Shown: positions 39,701 to 50,298 of the stretch, one piece after another
Position numbering within the stretch: the stretch's first letter is position 1
Layout: each line of letters begins with the position of its first letter
IMG/VR virus record: IMGVR_UViG_2974671799_000001
Coordinates: 64,001 to 128,000 of that record
DNA: 64,000 nt
Source: a virus
Lineage: Duplodnaviria; Caudoviricetes
Strand: one strand, 5' to 3'
Program-made: the position numbers and the translations under genes
The notes under the pieces: generated by a model
What the model was told of the DNA's origin: nothing
Seen by the model: only the letters and a program-made list of their open reading frames with translations
Databases searched by the model: none

Positions 39701-42700
39701 ACTAAACTATCATCAGAAGTGTTTTCTACTTTGATTGTTTGTAACGTCATTGGTTCACTTGTGTAACCAACAAAGTTAGTTGTAGTAGTATTTGATGTTA
39801 TTAAACTTCCACTACTTGAAACAGTATGTAAACTTTCGAATAATGTATAATTATAAGTAGAACCATAACCAGTATTAGGTATAACTAAACTATTGCTGTC
39901 AATTTTCCAAGTTCTCCAATCAGGTAATGTAACACCTACATTAGTTTCAAAGAACTCATATAATCTCTTAAACCAAACTTTAGGGTCTTCGGTATTTGAA
40001 TAAATTTCACCTGTTTCTGTACCGTATGTAAAATCTGTTGCGCTAGAACCACCATGTAAGAAATAATCTGTACCATTATAAACAAATCCAGTAACTGCAT
40101 AATTTGATGATTTATTCATGTTAGTTGTAATAACATTAGTATCACCCATATCATAATGAACACCTGTAGATTCACCTATTAAAGCATTAGTATCTTTAAC
40201 ACTAGTTGATGGTAACATATCATTTTCAGATAATGTAGCTGAATTTGTAATGTTACCAAACCTTTTGGTGGTAAATGTTATATTTTCATATAAATCATCT
40301 ATATATGATGTTACATTTGTTGAAAAACTTGAAGGTGTGAAAGTTAATCTTTCGACAACAACTTGTGAATATGCATCTAGTGCGTCTGTTGTTGTGTTTA
40401 TATTTATACACAAATATGTTAAACCATTCCATGTTGATAATGTACCATTAAATTGACCTATTTCAAGTATGTAATTTGTATTACTACTTGTTAATAAAAT
40501 AGCATTAGCATCACTTACTGTAACAGATGGTGTACTTTCATTCATCGAAACAGCGAACTTAGTACTGAATTTAACAGGGTGATTTCCAGTTTGGTTACTA
40601 AATACACTAAAATCAACCTCAAATTTTCCACCAGTTGTTAATGTTAATGGAATTAAAATCATAGGCGAATTGTTCGAGGCAACTGACGTATCTTGAAAAA
40701 CACTATTTTTTGGAATCATACTAAATTTATTAGTTAATGGCTTCCAAATATTTTTACCACCGTTTGCTAAAACAAATTCTCTCGTTGCTAAATGTTTATC
40801 ATCAGTTATTTCAGCTATCTCAACATTAGATTTGAATAATCCCTCAGAATAAACCTCTTCTGTAAAATCACCACCCAAAACAACTTGATTTGACTTTGTT
40901 GGTTTCGAACGGAAACCAAGTGCAACAGAATTAGTTATTTTTAATTGAGGTATCAATGTTAAATCACCAGTACCTGCATCGTTCATAACATGATTTTTAA
41001 ACTCTAAAGTATTAGCATCTATGATTTCCATTGGGAAAACTGTAGTTGAGTTTAAACCACTTGGGAATGTTCCCGCAGTAGTAAACTTAACCAAAATTGT
41101 TTTACCTGTAGAACCTAAACCATGTGATGTAACTGTTAACCTTTCATTTGCATGGTCGATATTAGCATTCGAAATAACTTTATGGTTTGTTGTATCTTCG
41201 GTAAATTCATACCAAGCCTCGTGACCGATAAATGTATTACTTGAACCCTCAACATATCGTCCACTTCTATAACCTATACCAATATTATTATCACCGACAT
41301 TCTTTTCCAAAGATTGTTCACCCATACCTATCGTATTATCACCCAAGTTAGTAGCACCTGCGGTATAACCGATAAATATAGCTCTATCACCTGTATTATT
41401 TTGACCTGTATATGAACCTATACCAACAAATCTAAGACCTGTATTATTTTGTCCTGAATAATCACCTATAAATGTTGAGTTAGAACCACTATTACTAAAA
41501 CCTGCACTTTCACCAATACCTATAGAATTACTTGCGGTGTTATCATGTAAAGCCCTAGAACCTAAAGCGATTACAAAATTAGAGTTATTATTCATACCTG
41601 CTCTATAACCGAATCCTAAAACAGTAGTACCAGTATTTCCTTTTAATGCATCATGTCCTATACCGTTTACATAATTTCCAGTATTAGATTGCCCTGATTG
41701 ATATCCAACAAATACGCTACTTGTACCCGTGTTATTTGCACCCGCAGAACCACCGATAGCAACTAAATAACCACCAGTATTATTAGTACCTGCATTAACA
41801 CCCATACCAGTAGCTCTTAAACCAGTATTATTTCTTAATACATTATGTCCGAATCCTGAAACTTCTATACCTGAATTACTTTCTAAAGCCCAGTTACCAA
41901 AACCTGCAACATTAGAACCTGTATTATTCTTTAGTGCTTGATACCCATATGCATTTGAATCACCACCTGTGTTATTCATTGCAGATTCTATACCGTAAGC
42001 ACTAACCCTAGCACCTTTATTATTTAAAAGTGTATTCTGTCCTATACCATACGCCAACGCATTAACCCAAGATGAACCACCCCAGTATTTGTTTTGTACT
42101 CTAAAAGGAACTACATCATTAACCGTGAAAGGTTCGAAATGTATTGCTGTATCATTTATAAAGTTTGAATTATTTGAATTTAGAATATTTTCACCTAAAT
42201 CTAAATTTTGATTTGAACCATGTGATTTGTTGAATAAATCTGTTAATTGTAATTCATTCTCAACACTAACTTCTAAACCATCATCAAGCTTATATGTAAT
42301 ACTATTATCTTTTTTATTTAAAATTTTAGTTACTAAACCTCTTATTCTTTCTGTCTCGAATATGTTATTAGAACCATCAGTACCAATACTTTCAACCAAT
42401 GAATTTGCTGTATTTTTTGTTGATATCTTGGTTAATAATGACATATCAGCAGTAACACCAAAACCACTAGAAGGAATTTTTAATGTATTTCCGTCAACTT
42501 TCCAATATCTCCAATCAGGTAACTTTAAACCTGTTTTGGTTTCAAATACTTCATAGAACTTAGCAAACCAATATTCTGTATCATCTGTATTTGGATATAA
42601 TTCACCAACATGAGTATCATATCTAAATGTTGTTACTGTTCCACTTGGTAAAACGTGGGTTACACCATTATATTCAAAAGAAACTAAAGCATTACCTAAT

Positions 42701-45700
42701 GACTTATAAATATTAAAGTCTCTAGTATCAATATTTTCTAAACTTTGATAATATCCATCTGTTAAAATCTTTGTTTCAACAGTATCATTACTATTTGATT
42801 CTAAATACTCAATAGTAACTAAATGTTTAGGGTCTGATATTTCATTAACATCAGCTTCTGATTTAAAAACACCATATGAATATACTTCATCAACATTTGC
42901 ATCACCTAACATTACTTGATTAGATTTCGTTGCGTAAGAATTAGCACCTAAAGATGTTGTGTTTGTAAATTCTTTTAATGTTTCGAATTGATGTGTTGAA
43001 CCACTAGTACCTGCACTAGATAGTGTAAATGTTACTGGTCTTAAAGTATTAGCATCAATAACCTCAAATTGTGATATTGTACCACTAGATGAGTGAGGAA
43101 TACCAATATTATCAGAGCCAACAATTCTCTTATATCTCAAATAAACAATCCTAGATATAGAACCTAGACCGTGACCAGTTATTGTAATTAAATTATTACT
43201 TACATCAAAATCATTAGTGTTGTTTGTCGTAAATGTGTTTTCTGTAATAAAATCAGACATTGAACCATACCCAATTGCTGTATTTGTGTCTGAACCTTCA
43301 TTTAAGTATGTCAATGTATGAGAACCAATAGCAACATTATTATTAGATAAAGACCACCATGATGAGCTATGACCAATACCAATATTGTTTGAACCTGTAG
43401 CTCTGTTTAAAACACTATGACCGATACCAATACTCTGTGTTGCAGAACCACCATTATCAGACATTACATTATAACCTAAAGCAACATTGAAATTCCCTTG
43501 GTTACCATATAAAGACCTATAACCTAAACCAGTATTACTACTACCTGTATTACCTCTACCACTTTCATGACCTATGAAAGTAGAATTAACACCACTATTT
43601 GTATAACCTGCTCTATAACCAACCGCAACTAATCTACTACCTGAGTTACTAAATCCTGCCGAAGCACCATATGCTACTGTTTGAACACCTGAGTTAGAAG
43701 AACCTGCACTATGACCAACAAATGTACTTTGATTTCCAGTATTTGCATTACCCGCATTAGTACCTATTCCGATACTACTGTCACCATTATTGTTAGACAT
43801 TGCATAATTACCGATAGCAATAACAGAATCACCACTATTTGAGTGTGCTGAATTTTCACCAATCCCGATACCACTAGGCGCGCTAGTATTAATTAAAGCA
43901 TTATTACCCAATCCGATACCATTAGTTGTAGCCCAATCTGAACCATTCCAATATTCTCTTTGGAATCTCAAATAGTTTGGCGCACCATTATATAAGAATG
44001 GTACAAAATATTTAGATTTGGTAGAAACCTCTTCAATATAACCCAATTCAAGTTCTTGTGTTCCTAAATTAAGTTTTTGTGTTGCCCCAGTATATGGAAC
44101 ACCTTTATCTTCAAAATATTCTTTAGAAATCAAATGTTTATCTTCTGTTATTTCTGTAACATCAGCATTTGACTTGAATACACCTTGTGAATATACTTCA
44201 TTAATATTCTCATCACCCAACATTATTTGATTGGATTTTGTGAAATTAGAGTTTGCGCCTAAAGCTGTTGAATTTTCTATAACAAATTGAGCAGTTAATG
44301 TGTGAGTACCAGTATTATCACCTGTAGATGTTATACCATTAGCATTTAAAAACTCAATAGTATTTGCATCAATAATTTCAAATGTATTTGCTTCTGAATC
44401 ATTATTAAAATAAACAGTTAAACCACCGATAGCAGTTCCACCACCACTTAAATTATATTTTAAATTCACAATATCACCAACATTACCAAAACCATGTGAT
44501 GTAATTGTAATTCTATTCGTAGCAACATCAACATCTGTGGTTACATCATTTATTTGTTTTTCAGTTGATGCGTCTGTATTGAAATCACCAACCGAATTGT
44601 AACCAATAGCTGTGTTATTATTGAATGTGTTATATCTAAGTGTATTAGCACCTATACCTAAAGTATTAGCACCTTTATTATCTTTTAATGATTTGAAACC
44701 TATACCAATCGAATATTCACCAGTATTCCTATGCGCAGTCCAGTAACCAATACCAATACTATGTAAACCAGTATTTGAATAACCTGTTGTGTCACCTATA
44801 AAAACACCACCATTTGCAGTATTATCATGACCTGCTTGATACCCAAGTAATGTTGCACCAACCCCTGAGTTATTAACACCAGTTGCATACCCTGATATTA
44901 AAGATTGTGAACCTGTATTGTTTTGACCTGCCGCATAACCAATACCAACGACTCTATGACCCGTGTTATTAAATAAAACACCATTACCAATACCTACAGT
45001 ATCATCCCCTTGATTTTGACCACCCGCATTTATACCAATACCTAAAAATCTATAACCTTTATTGGCATTACCTGAACCACTACCAATTAAAAATGACTCA
45101 GAAGGATGCCAAGCACCAATCACAAACCTTTCTTTTTGTGTTTTAATTATATCAGTTCCATTAGAAAGTATAACTTTATTAAACCTAGCTGTGTTTAATA
45201 CTTCAACTTCTTTACCCGCATCCAAATAGTTATCACCTAATACAACATTATCTTTAGCACCTGTATATGGTACAGCATCACCTTCTTGTAAATACTCAAT
45301 ATCTTGCTCTAAGTGTGATAATTTAGTTATCAAACTCCACTCTGTAGGAGTTGGCTCTATTTTATAATCACCTTTAAAGAACTCCCTTGTAATTGTACCA
45401 TTATTATCCTCAACTTTCATCAAGGCTATTAAATTAGTTTCAATAGATTCGTATGTTGATACATTATCATCTTGGAATGACGGAATTGATTGTTGAACAC
45501 CATCATATATATTCACACTACCCATTAATGAAAAATCAACAGTAGAACCGTAACCACCTTTAGGCATTATAATTATAGTATTATTAGATTGGTCGTTAGA
45601 CCATGTTTCCCAATGAGGTAGTCTAACACCTGTTTTTAATAAGAAAATGTCATAGAATCCCTTAAATATGTCTTTTGCATCAATGCTTGTACCGTATTGA

Positions 45701-46461
45701 ACTTCACCAGTATTCTCCCCAATAGTAACATCAAATAAACTAGAACCATCATGTGTTATATATTGTGTACCATCATAAGTAAAACCAACGATAGCACCAT
45801 CTGAAATAGCACTAGGTACTGATAGTTTAAAAACATCTAAATTTAAAGCTATTACTTTATAATCTTCTAAAACAACAGTTTCCTCGTATTTGTCAATAAA
45901 TGTAAATGTTTGCTCTTCTGCAACACTAACACCACCATCAGCATCGATAACTAAACGTCTATTTGCATTACCTTCACCAAATTCAGAATCTAATTTTTTA
46001 TCAATATCACTTTTCAAATCAGAAGCAGTACCTTCATAAGTACCTTTATCCAATTTATTACCAATTTCATTGATATTATTGATTTGCTCTGCTGTTAAAT
46101 TAACATCATTTGAAATTACGTTCCAATCTGAACCATCATATAATTTAAGGCTTTTATCACTTAAATCATACCATAATGACCCAATTGCTAAATTCGTTGT
46201 CGGTGCTGTGTTTGAATAGTACACAACACTTGATGAATTTGAATCATCTTGCGCATCCTCAATATCCTGTAAATCGGCTATTTTAGTAAGAGTACCCATG
46301 ATGTTAAGGTAAATACCATCATTAACTACATATCCGAATAAAGCGTCTTCATTAAGCTCTTGTGTAGCCTCTTCAACGCTTCCGAATCTTTGTAATTTTT
46401 GACCAATAATAGTACCTTTTTTCTGTAGGTTTATGTCTTGACCTGTTTTAATTTGTTTCAT
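36772..46461 (-). CDS. giant modular fibre/adhesin protein (YadA-head-like Gly/Asn repeats)
   Basis: 3229 aa; four blocks of ~13-14-residue NTG..(I/V)(G/A)IG..(A/S)G.. repeats, each followed by an RITITSHGFG-type domain and an NS.ALG...TKSNQV.LG connector; beta-helix-like C-terminus. Confidence 0.85.
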   Translation of the reverse strand: MKQIKTGQDINLQKKGTIIGQKLQRFGSVEEATQELNEDALFGYVVNDGIYLNIMGTLTKIADLQDIEDAQDDSNSSSVVYYSNTAPTTNLAIGSLWYDLSDKSLKLYDGSDWNVISNDVNLTAEQINNINEIGNKLDKGTYEGTASDLKSDIDKKLDSEFGEGNANRRLVIDADGGVSVAEEQTFTFIDKYEETVVLEDYKVIALNLDVFKLSVPSAISDGAIVGFTYDGTQYITHDGSSLFDVTIGENTGEVQYGTSIDAKDIFKGFYDIFLLKTGVRLPHWETWSNDQSNNTIIIMPKGGYGSTVDFSLMGSVNIYDGVQQSIPSFQDDNVSTYESIETNLIALMKVEDNNGTITREFFKGDYKIEPTPTEWSLITKLSHLEQDIEYLQEGDAVPYTGAKDNVVLGDNYLDAGKEVEVLNTARFNKVILSNGTDIIKTQKERFVIGAWHPSESFLIGSGSGNANKGYRFLGIGINAGGQNQGDDTVGIGNGVLFNNTGHRVVGIGYAAGQNNTGSQSLISGYATGVNNSGVGATLLGYQAGHDNTANGGVFIGDTTGYSNTGLHSIGIGYWTAHRNTGEYSIGIGFKSLKDNKGANTLGIGANTLRYNTFNNNTAIGYNSVGDFNTDASTEKQINDVTTDVDVATNRITITSHGFGNVGDIVNLKYNLSGGGTAIGGLTVYFNNDSEANTFEIIDANTIEFLNANGITSTGDNTGTHTLTAQFVIENSTALGANSNFTKSNQIMLGDENINEVYSQGVFKSNADVTEITEDKHLISKEYFEDKGVPYTGATQKLNLGTQELELGYIEEVSTKSKYFVPFLYNGAPNYLRFQREYWNGSDWATTNGIGLGNNALINTSAPSGIGIGENSAHSNSGDSVIAIGNYAMSNNNGDSSIGIGTNAGNANTGNQSTFVGHSAGSSNSGVQTVAYGASAGFSNSGSRLVAVGYRAGYTNSGVNSTFIGHESGRGNTGSSNTGLGYRSLYGNQGNFNVALGYNVMSDNGGSATQSIGIGHSVLNRATGSNNIGIGHSSSWWSLSNNNVAIGSHTLTYLNEGSDTNTAIGYGSMSDFITENTFTTNNTNDFDVSNNLITITGHGLGSISRIVYLRYKRIVGSDNIGIPHSSSGTISQFEVIDANTLRPVTFTLSSAGTSGSTHQFETLKEFTNTTSLGANSYATKSNQVMLGDANVDEVYSYGVFKSEADVNEISDPKHLVTIEYLESNSNDTVETKILTDGYYQSLENIDTRDFNIYKSLGNALVSFEYNGVTHVLPSGTVTTFRYDTHVGELYPNTDDTEYWFAKFYEVFETKTGLKLPDWRYWKVDGNTLKIPSSGFGVTADMSLLTKISTKNTANSLVESIGTDGSNNIFETERIRGLVTKILNKKDNSITYKLDDGLEVSVENELQLTDLFNKSHGSNQNLDLGENILNSNNSNFINDTAIHFEPFTVNDVVPFRVQNKYWGGSSWVNALAYGIGQNTLLNNKGARVSAYGIESAMNNTGGDSNAYGYQALKNNTGSNVAGFGNWALESNSGIEVSGFGHNVLRNNTGLRATGMGVNAGTNNTGGYLVAIGGSAGANNTGTSSVFVGYQSGQSNTGNYVNGIGHDALKGNTGTTVLGFGYRAGMNNNSNFVIALGSRALHDNTASNSIGIGESAGFSNSGSNSTFIGDYSGQNNTGLRFVGIGSYTGQNNTGDRAIFIGYTAGATNLGDNTIGMGEQSLEKNVGDNNIGIGYRSGRYVEGSSNTFIGHEAWYEFTEDTTNHKVISNANIDHANERLTVTSHGLGSTGKTILVKFTTAGTFPSGLNSTTVFPMEIIDANTLEFKNHVMNDAGTGDLTLIPQLKITNSVALGFRSKPTKSNQVVLGGDFTEEVYSEGLFKSNVEIAEITDDKHLATREFVLANGGKNIWKPLTNKFSMIPKNSVFQDTSVASNNSPMILIPLTLTTGGKFEVDFSVFSNQTGNHPVKFSTKFAVSMNESTPSVTVSDANAILLTSSNTNYILEIGQFNGTLSTWNGLTYLCININTTTDALDAYSQVVVERLTFTPSSFSTNVTSYIDDLYENITFTTKRFGNITNSATLSENDMLPSTSVKDTNALIGESTGVHYDMGDTNVITTNMNKSSNYAVTGFVYNGTDYFLHGGSSATDFTYGTETGEIYSNTEDPKVWFKRLYEFFETNVGVTLPDWRTWKIDSNSLVIPNTGYGSTYNYTLFESLHTVSSSGSLITSNTTTTNFVGYTSEPMTLQTIKVENTSDDSLVKYKLDNGDEVEVLTWKQIDSLSSFENDQGFVTSNDAVPYTGAINDVNLGDRYLLSNNITERTNFARHYAPLRVKNNEIRLRFQSEYWNGSSWGSTSGVGLGLEALSGSKGLGGTGIGDYALQNNTGNYAVAIGGSSGVNNTGHNSIGIGSSALYANSADNVVAIGGSSAQSNTGSNSIGIGHQSLFSNSGQNAIGIGYQSGGNNTGTGSIGIGFQSIYYNTVAYTIGIGYQAGRNNTGQSATLVGYHAGRDANSYAGIGIGSASIFSADANYLIGIGNNAGYSNKGQQSISIGYSSGAYSSNEYGIAIGSNAGERSTGNNNTAIGRNSLKYAVGDSNTALGQDAFNDIITYNDKSIADNNTDIDIANDRITINSHGFGANGSVTLIQYSVSSGGTSISGLSPSVPIRIEIIDANTFEFVDNTINSIGSGTHTFSLLYSFQNSTAIGHNAQPTKSNQVVLGDNIVTEVYSDGVFKSNASVSEITEDKHLVTVEYLENVPNDGNFAIVKSGAITHTPAFGNINKYFNDINDVLDEIRTNTTKYDYSDFKIILVGNNNTFTINNDESYNYRGITIQSSSPVTLRIETNTNLYDSKILINDGIIEVLSPKSLKMYDSIDIIAKKVRNVTGGAGNNNPITMATSGDDSKINIVNVNVAEYEINRDLGGQGIMSGFGFDEINLTIGKLICTQTTSSSLYMIQHAPREGQIGTYNFNIGEVDVTGVTGGYVVLFNNCGLSPIAMTNGDYSVKYGGTFNIELGDIKGGTNFHDFRVFNGLQSGIFNFKMHGTIDHINAGILLHTNSFFRLHFTATGYIESTNNTRYLFDCQDQTRGTTGDFDKSFVHLKDLVYKNDSVNARVARTRFGQRDYSGTLYDPLRLIIENVDFESANATNAIIVDADSVNNYPITRTNPVIEFRGTNKFLMVNTATYLLQASPDATADAYTVKALVNNGKIMHNAVNANYADGREIVNNDTRFTNIL

Positions 46462-46561
46462 ATTAAAATATATGTTTAATTTGTTAAAACTTTTTGAAAT
46501 ATTTAAGTATTTCTGTTAGTTTATATATCGTTTCAAGCCAAAAATATTGACTTTTAGGAAT

Positions 46562-46594
46562 AAAAAAAGTTGCATCATTTGATGCAACTTTTTT
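46562..46594 (-). terminator. intrinsic terminator after MCP
   Basis: AAAAAAAGTTGCATCA-TT-TGATGCAACTTTTTT. Confidence 0.8.
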
Positions 46595-46615
46595 AATATT
46601 AGTGTTTTAGTTAGA

Positions 46616-48388
46616 TTATATCCAACTTCCAAATCCAGTTTCTAATGCGATAGTTAAGTAATTTAACTCAGGGTGGAATCCAGCAGGTAAAAGAGCATAT
46701 CTAGAAGCTACTAAGAACTTGATAGACATTGTTCCCTCTGGAATAGTAGTTACAGTACTTACTAAATCGTAAGGCATGAACTTTAATCCTGAATCACTTT
46801 CGTTACCTTTACGCCCAATTAATACACGAGTATCAGTCCAATCCATATTAGGGTCACAGAATACCTCTAAGTTAGCGATTTTACCTAATCTATATAATCC
46901 CGCAGTATTACCTGAAATAGTACTAGCGTGGCTGTTCACTTCTGTTAAAGAGTCAACTAATGCCGCCTTTACTTGTGAGTTAACTACAGCAAAATCACCT
47001 TCTCCCTTACGAGATAAGTTGTTGATTAATGCTTGTGCCGCAAGTAATTTAGATTGAATCTTTCTTGCTCTTGTTAATTGGTTTTCAGCAGAACTATTTG
47101 TCTCAGAATTTTTAACAGCTCCAAAAACTCCTGAACGGTCAACATCCATAATATCTTTAAACTCTCCTGTCTCAGAAGCTAAGAATCCGAATGTATTCAT
47201 TGCCTTTGTTCCTACAGATGCAGGTGCTGTAAATAAGTTCAAATCAGCACCTTTAGATACTGCCGCGCTCGCCGCAGTTGTTACACCTAACTTGAATAAA
47301 GTCTTGGTAATGTGCTTGTTAATAGATTGAGATAACTCATTTTGCGCAGCCTTAAATAACTCTGTATAAACATCGATACCATAAGCTCCTAAGTCAGTTA
47401 CTTGGTGTCTTGTAGATTCACCTTCAATTGCATATTCAACAGGAGCAACTTGCTTAGTATAGAAACGTAAACCGATTCTAGAAGTAGTTCCTTTCTCTGC
47501 AACTTCTCTTGGGTCAGGATTCTCAGTAACTTGGTCAACAGTACTTGCCGCTTGAATGTGATTATCTAAAGCAGATACGTGTTTTGCTAAGAAAGCAGAA
47601 CCTAAATGTTGGATATCTCCTGCAACAACATCACCCGCTTCATCAGTTGGTGCTAAACCTGCCTCTGCTACAGCATTCATTACAGATAATACAGAATTAG
47701 TAGTATCAGCAACGAAAGCATTAGTTGTAGCGTTATAAGAACCCGCATTTACAACTTTTAAGATTAAACTTGCATCGATACGAGATTTACCCATATAAAT
47801 ACCCTCGATAGCTAAACCGTCTTGTAAAGCTGTTCCGTTAGAAGGAGTGATATATAAAGTATTACCCTTTACTAACTTGCTATAATCTAATCCCTCAGTT
47901 CCGATGATACCACCACTTACAGAGATATAAGAAATTTTGTGTTCAGCAGAATCTAAACGACCGCCCGCATAAACGATATCTAAGAAACCGTAAGTTGTTA
48001 AAGGCATATCGATTGGAATAGTAGGTACTAAATCTAATCCGATAGTTTGCGCGGCAACGTTCATAGCGATTCCTAAACGAGCAGTTGTGAAATCAGAACC
48101 ACCTTGATAAGCCTTATCCATAGATTGACCAACTGTACCATTTGGATTTTGTGGGTTTACAAAACTACCCATAGTTGGCATCTGTGCAGGAGTTGTTGCA
48201 CCGTAAGATTCTAAAATGTTCTGTCCTTGTAATAACGGACTTCCGTTAGCGTGGATAGATTCTGTAATTGCACAAATTTTAGCAATTGTTTCTAATTTTT
48301 GTTGATTCTCAACACCTGTAGATTCAGTAATTAATGCACCGAATTTTTCCTTTGCTACAGATGGATTAATTTTTTGATATTTTACCAT
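46616..48388 (-). CDS. major capsid protein (gp23-like)
   Basis: AQTIGLDLVPTIP, ELSQSIN, G.GDFAVV, G....L.V..DP, G..FMPY, SRYAL; downstream of the prohead protease gene; biased codon use typical of high expression. Confidence 0.92.
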   Translation of the reverse strand: MVKYQKINPSVAKEKFGALITESTGVENQQKLETIAKICAITESIHANGSPLLQGQNILESYGATTPAQMPTMGSFVNPQNPNGTVGQSMDKAYQGGSDFTTARLGIAMNVAAQTIGLDLVPTIPIDMPLTTYGFLDIVYAGGRLDSAEHKISYISVSGGIIGTEGLDYSKLVKGNTLYITPSNGTALQDGLAIEGIYMGKSRIDASLILKVVNAGSYNATTNAFVADTTNSVLSVMNAVAEAGLAPTDEAGDVVAGDIQHLGSAFLAKHVSALDNHIQAASTVDQVTENPDPREVAEKGTTSRIGLRFYTKQVAPVEYAIEGESTRHQVTDLGAYGIDVYTELFKAAQNELSQSINKHITKTLFKLGVTTAASAAVSKGADLNLFTAPASVGTKAMNTFGFLASETGEFKDIMDVDRSGVFGAVKNSETNSSAENQLTRARKIQSKLLAAQALINNLSRKGEGDFAVVNSQVKAALVDSLTEVNSHASTISGNTAGLYRLGKIANLEVFCDPNMDWTDTRVLIGRKGNESDSGLKFMPYDLVSTVTTIPEGTMSIKFLVASRYALLPAGFHPELNYLTIALETGFGSWI

Positions 48389-48435
48389 TTGTTTTTTAAA
48401 ATTTAGTGTCCTTTCAGACTTTGTTTATAATTTAC

Positions 48436-50019
48436 TTATTTTTGTAGTGATTTAGCCCATTGCACTAATGGATTGTTCACAACTTCACTCGACTTTGATT
48501 CGTTAATGTTTTCTTGAATCGCTTTAACGTTATTATTATTAAAACGTCCAATCCAAAAACGTGTCATTTGACTTTCATTTACGAACTCTCTACTCTCAGC
48601 TTGCTCAAAAACAAAGTTTTTAAACTCTTCTGTAGAAGATTCCCATAAATGTTTAACGGTGTTTGGCATTGCTTCAAGTAACGTTTGTTTTTTCTCTTCG
48701 GCTTCCGTGATTTGCTTTTGCTTCTCAACTTCAACAGCCTCATTCACTAAACGCTCCTTTTCTTTAGCTCTAGTCATAGATTCAAGTTGCTCTTCAATTC
48801 TTTCAGATAATGACTTCTGTTCACCACCCTCATTGATTTGCTCTTCTTGATTCTCATTTATTGATTCATCAACTTGTTTACCATCGTTTGGTTTATCGTC
48901 TTCTTTAGACTTATCACCACCATCGTTAGTATCTACTTCTTCTTTAGCTTTATCACCATTTTTAGTATCTTCATTTGCATTTTCTTCTTCTTCTTCCTCA
49001 GTCTCATTTTTAGACTCTAATAATGCTTTAAAATCATCATTTAGAGACTCTAAGAACCAACCTTGGATAGCAGGCGCAAACTCATTTACAGTCCATTTTT
49101 GATAAGCCATCGCAGACTCATTTTGTGCTTCCATAACCTCTTCCATAATCTGAGGTCGGAAATGCTCATTTAAGTAGTTTAATTGATTTGGTGCAAATTC
49201 TTTGATTACCCAGTTTTGAGTAGCTCTACCAAATTTAACCATTGACTCGTGAAGTAAGTTTTGCATCTTTAATTCAGATTTCTCGATAATCTTTGTTAAG
49301 TTTTCATTGAAGAATTTCTCAACAATATCTAAATCTAAATTTTGTGAACTCTCAGTAACTAACTCAGCTTTTAACTCAGCTTTTAACGACTCCTTTAATG
49401 CCTCAACATCAATAGACTCTGTTACTTGTTTTTCTTCACCATCCAATGAATAACAAGCTGTCTCAATTATATATGTTTCACCTTCAACTTCTGACTCCAT
49501 TACATCAACCACAGCTTGTGAAAACCCTGGTTTGTAAACTAAATCAAACGTCTCTAAAACACTCAATTTCACCTCTTTAGATTCGGTTACAACACCTTTA
49601 CCTCTAGATGAAATCTTTAATTTAAGACCTCTTTTTACAAGCTTTTGCATTAACTTACCTTTATCAGTATCTAATAAAAGAATAGTTCCTGTTACAACAC
49701 CACTTTCACTAATATTAATAGATTCAAGTTTGTGTGATACATTATCCCATGTTAATTGCATTGTTTTTGGATGCTCAACTTCACCAAAAACAGCTTCATT
49801 TTGCATTCTAGCTTGTAATGACTCAACAACAGACTTGTAATTATCATAAGAATAAAAACGATTGTTGTTGTTCATAACTCCTGTTACACCAAATACACCA
49901 CTTAAACGCATACATCCATCAGGAACTTCACCTAGTGATTCATTGAATTTCGAATCTTTAGCACTCTCTAAAATTAAAGAGTTGGTCTTATTCAATGAAA
50001 TAATTACTTGTTCTTTCAT
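48436..50019 (-). CDS. prohead protease (gp21-like) fused to scaffold/core (gp22-like)
   Basis: N.NNRFY, GEVEHP, ISSRGKG, FDLV..PGF protease motifs, then an acidic helical region with many (I/L/V)xE-S sites. Confidence 0.9.
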   Translation of the reverse strand: MKEQVIISLNKTNSLILESAKDSKFNESLGEVPDGCMRLSGVFGVTGVMNNNNRFYSYDNYKSVVESLQARMQNEAVFGEVEHPKTMQLTWDNVSHKLESINISESGVVTGTILLLDTDKGKLMQKLVKRGLKLKISSRGKGVVTESKEVKLSVLETFDLVYKPGFSQAVVDVMESEVEGETYIIETACYSLDGEEKQVTESIDVEALKESLKAELKAELVTESSQNLDLDIVEKFFNENLTKIIEKSELKMQNLLHESMVKFGRATQNWVIKEFAPNQLNYLNEHFRPQIMEEVMEAQNESAMAYQKWTVNEFAPAIQGWFLESLNDDFKALLESKNETEEEEEENANEDTKNGDKAKEEVDTNDGGDKSKEDDKPNDGKQVDESINENQEEQINEGGEQKSLSERIEEQLESMTRAKEKERLVNEAVEVEKQKQITEAEEKKQTLLEAMPNTVKHLWESSTEEFKNFVFEQAESREFVNESQMTRFWIGRFNNNNVKAIQENINESKSSEVVNNPLVQWAKSLQK

Positions 50020-50116
50020 GTATAATACTTTTTAAGTTTATATATTTGTTTATTATATATATGGTAGAAAGAACAAATGTACCGAGAAGATATAGGGGCG
50101 ATTTTTAGACAATAAA

Positions 50117-50145
50117 AAACCGTAGAACTTTTTGTTCTACGGTTT
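50117..50145 (-). terminator. intrinsic terminator hairpin
   Basis: AAACCGTAGAAC-TTTTT-GTTCTACGGTTT with T-run on the minus strand. Confidence 0.8.
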
Positions 50146-50199
50146 GAAGTAAACATAATCAATTTTTAACCCCTAATAAAAAATGAAATGTTATTTGAA

Positions 50200-50298
50200 T
50201 TAGTTTCCTAATGCGTAAGAAGCACCTTTACCACAATCTTTTAAAAATTCTTTAAATGCTTTAAAAACTCTTCTTAATTCAATGTTAAATTTTTTCAT
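50200..50298 (-). CDS. 32-aa amphipathic micropeptide (not in ORF track)
   Basis: MKKFNIELRRVFKAFKEFLKDCGKGASYALGN*; alternative ATG at 50304; own -7 element (50350-50357) and terminator. Confidence 0.7.
   Translation of the reverse strand: MKKFNIELRRVFKAFKEFLKDCGKGASYALGN

Noticed and set aside
38300-45300. Diversity-generating retroelement TR/VR pair among the fibre repeats
   Set aside because: Repeats are in-frame, degenerate at all base types and there is no reverse transcriptase in the window
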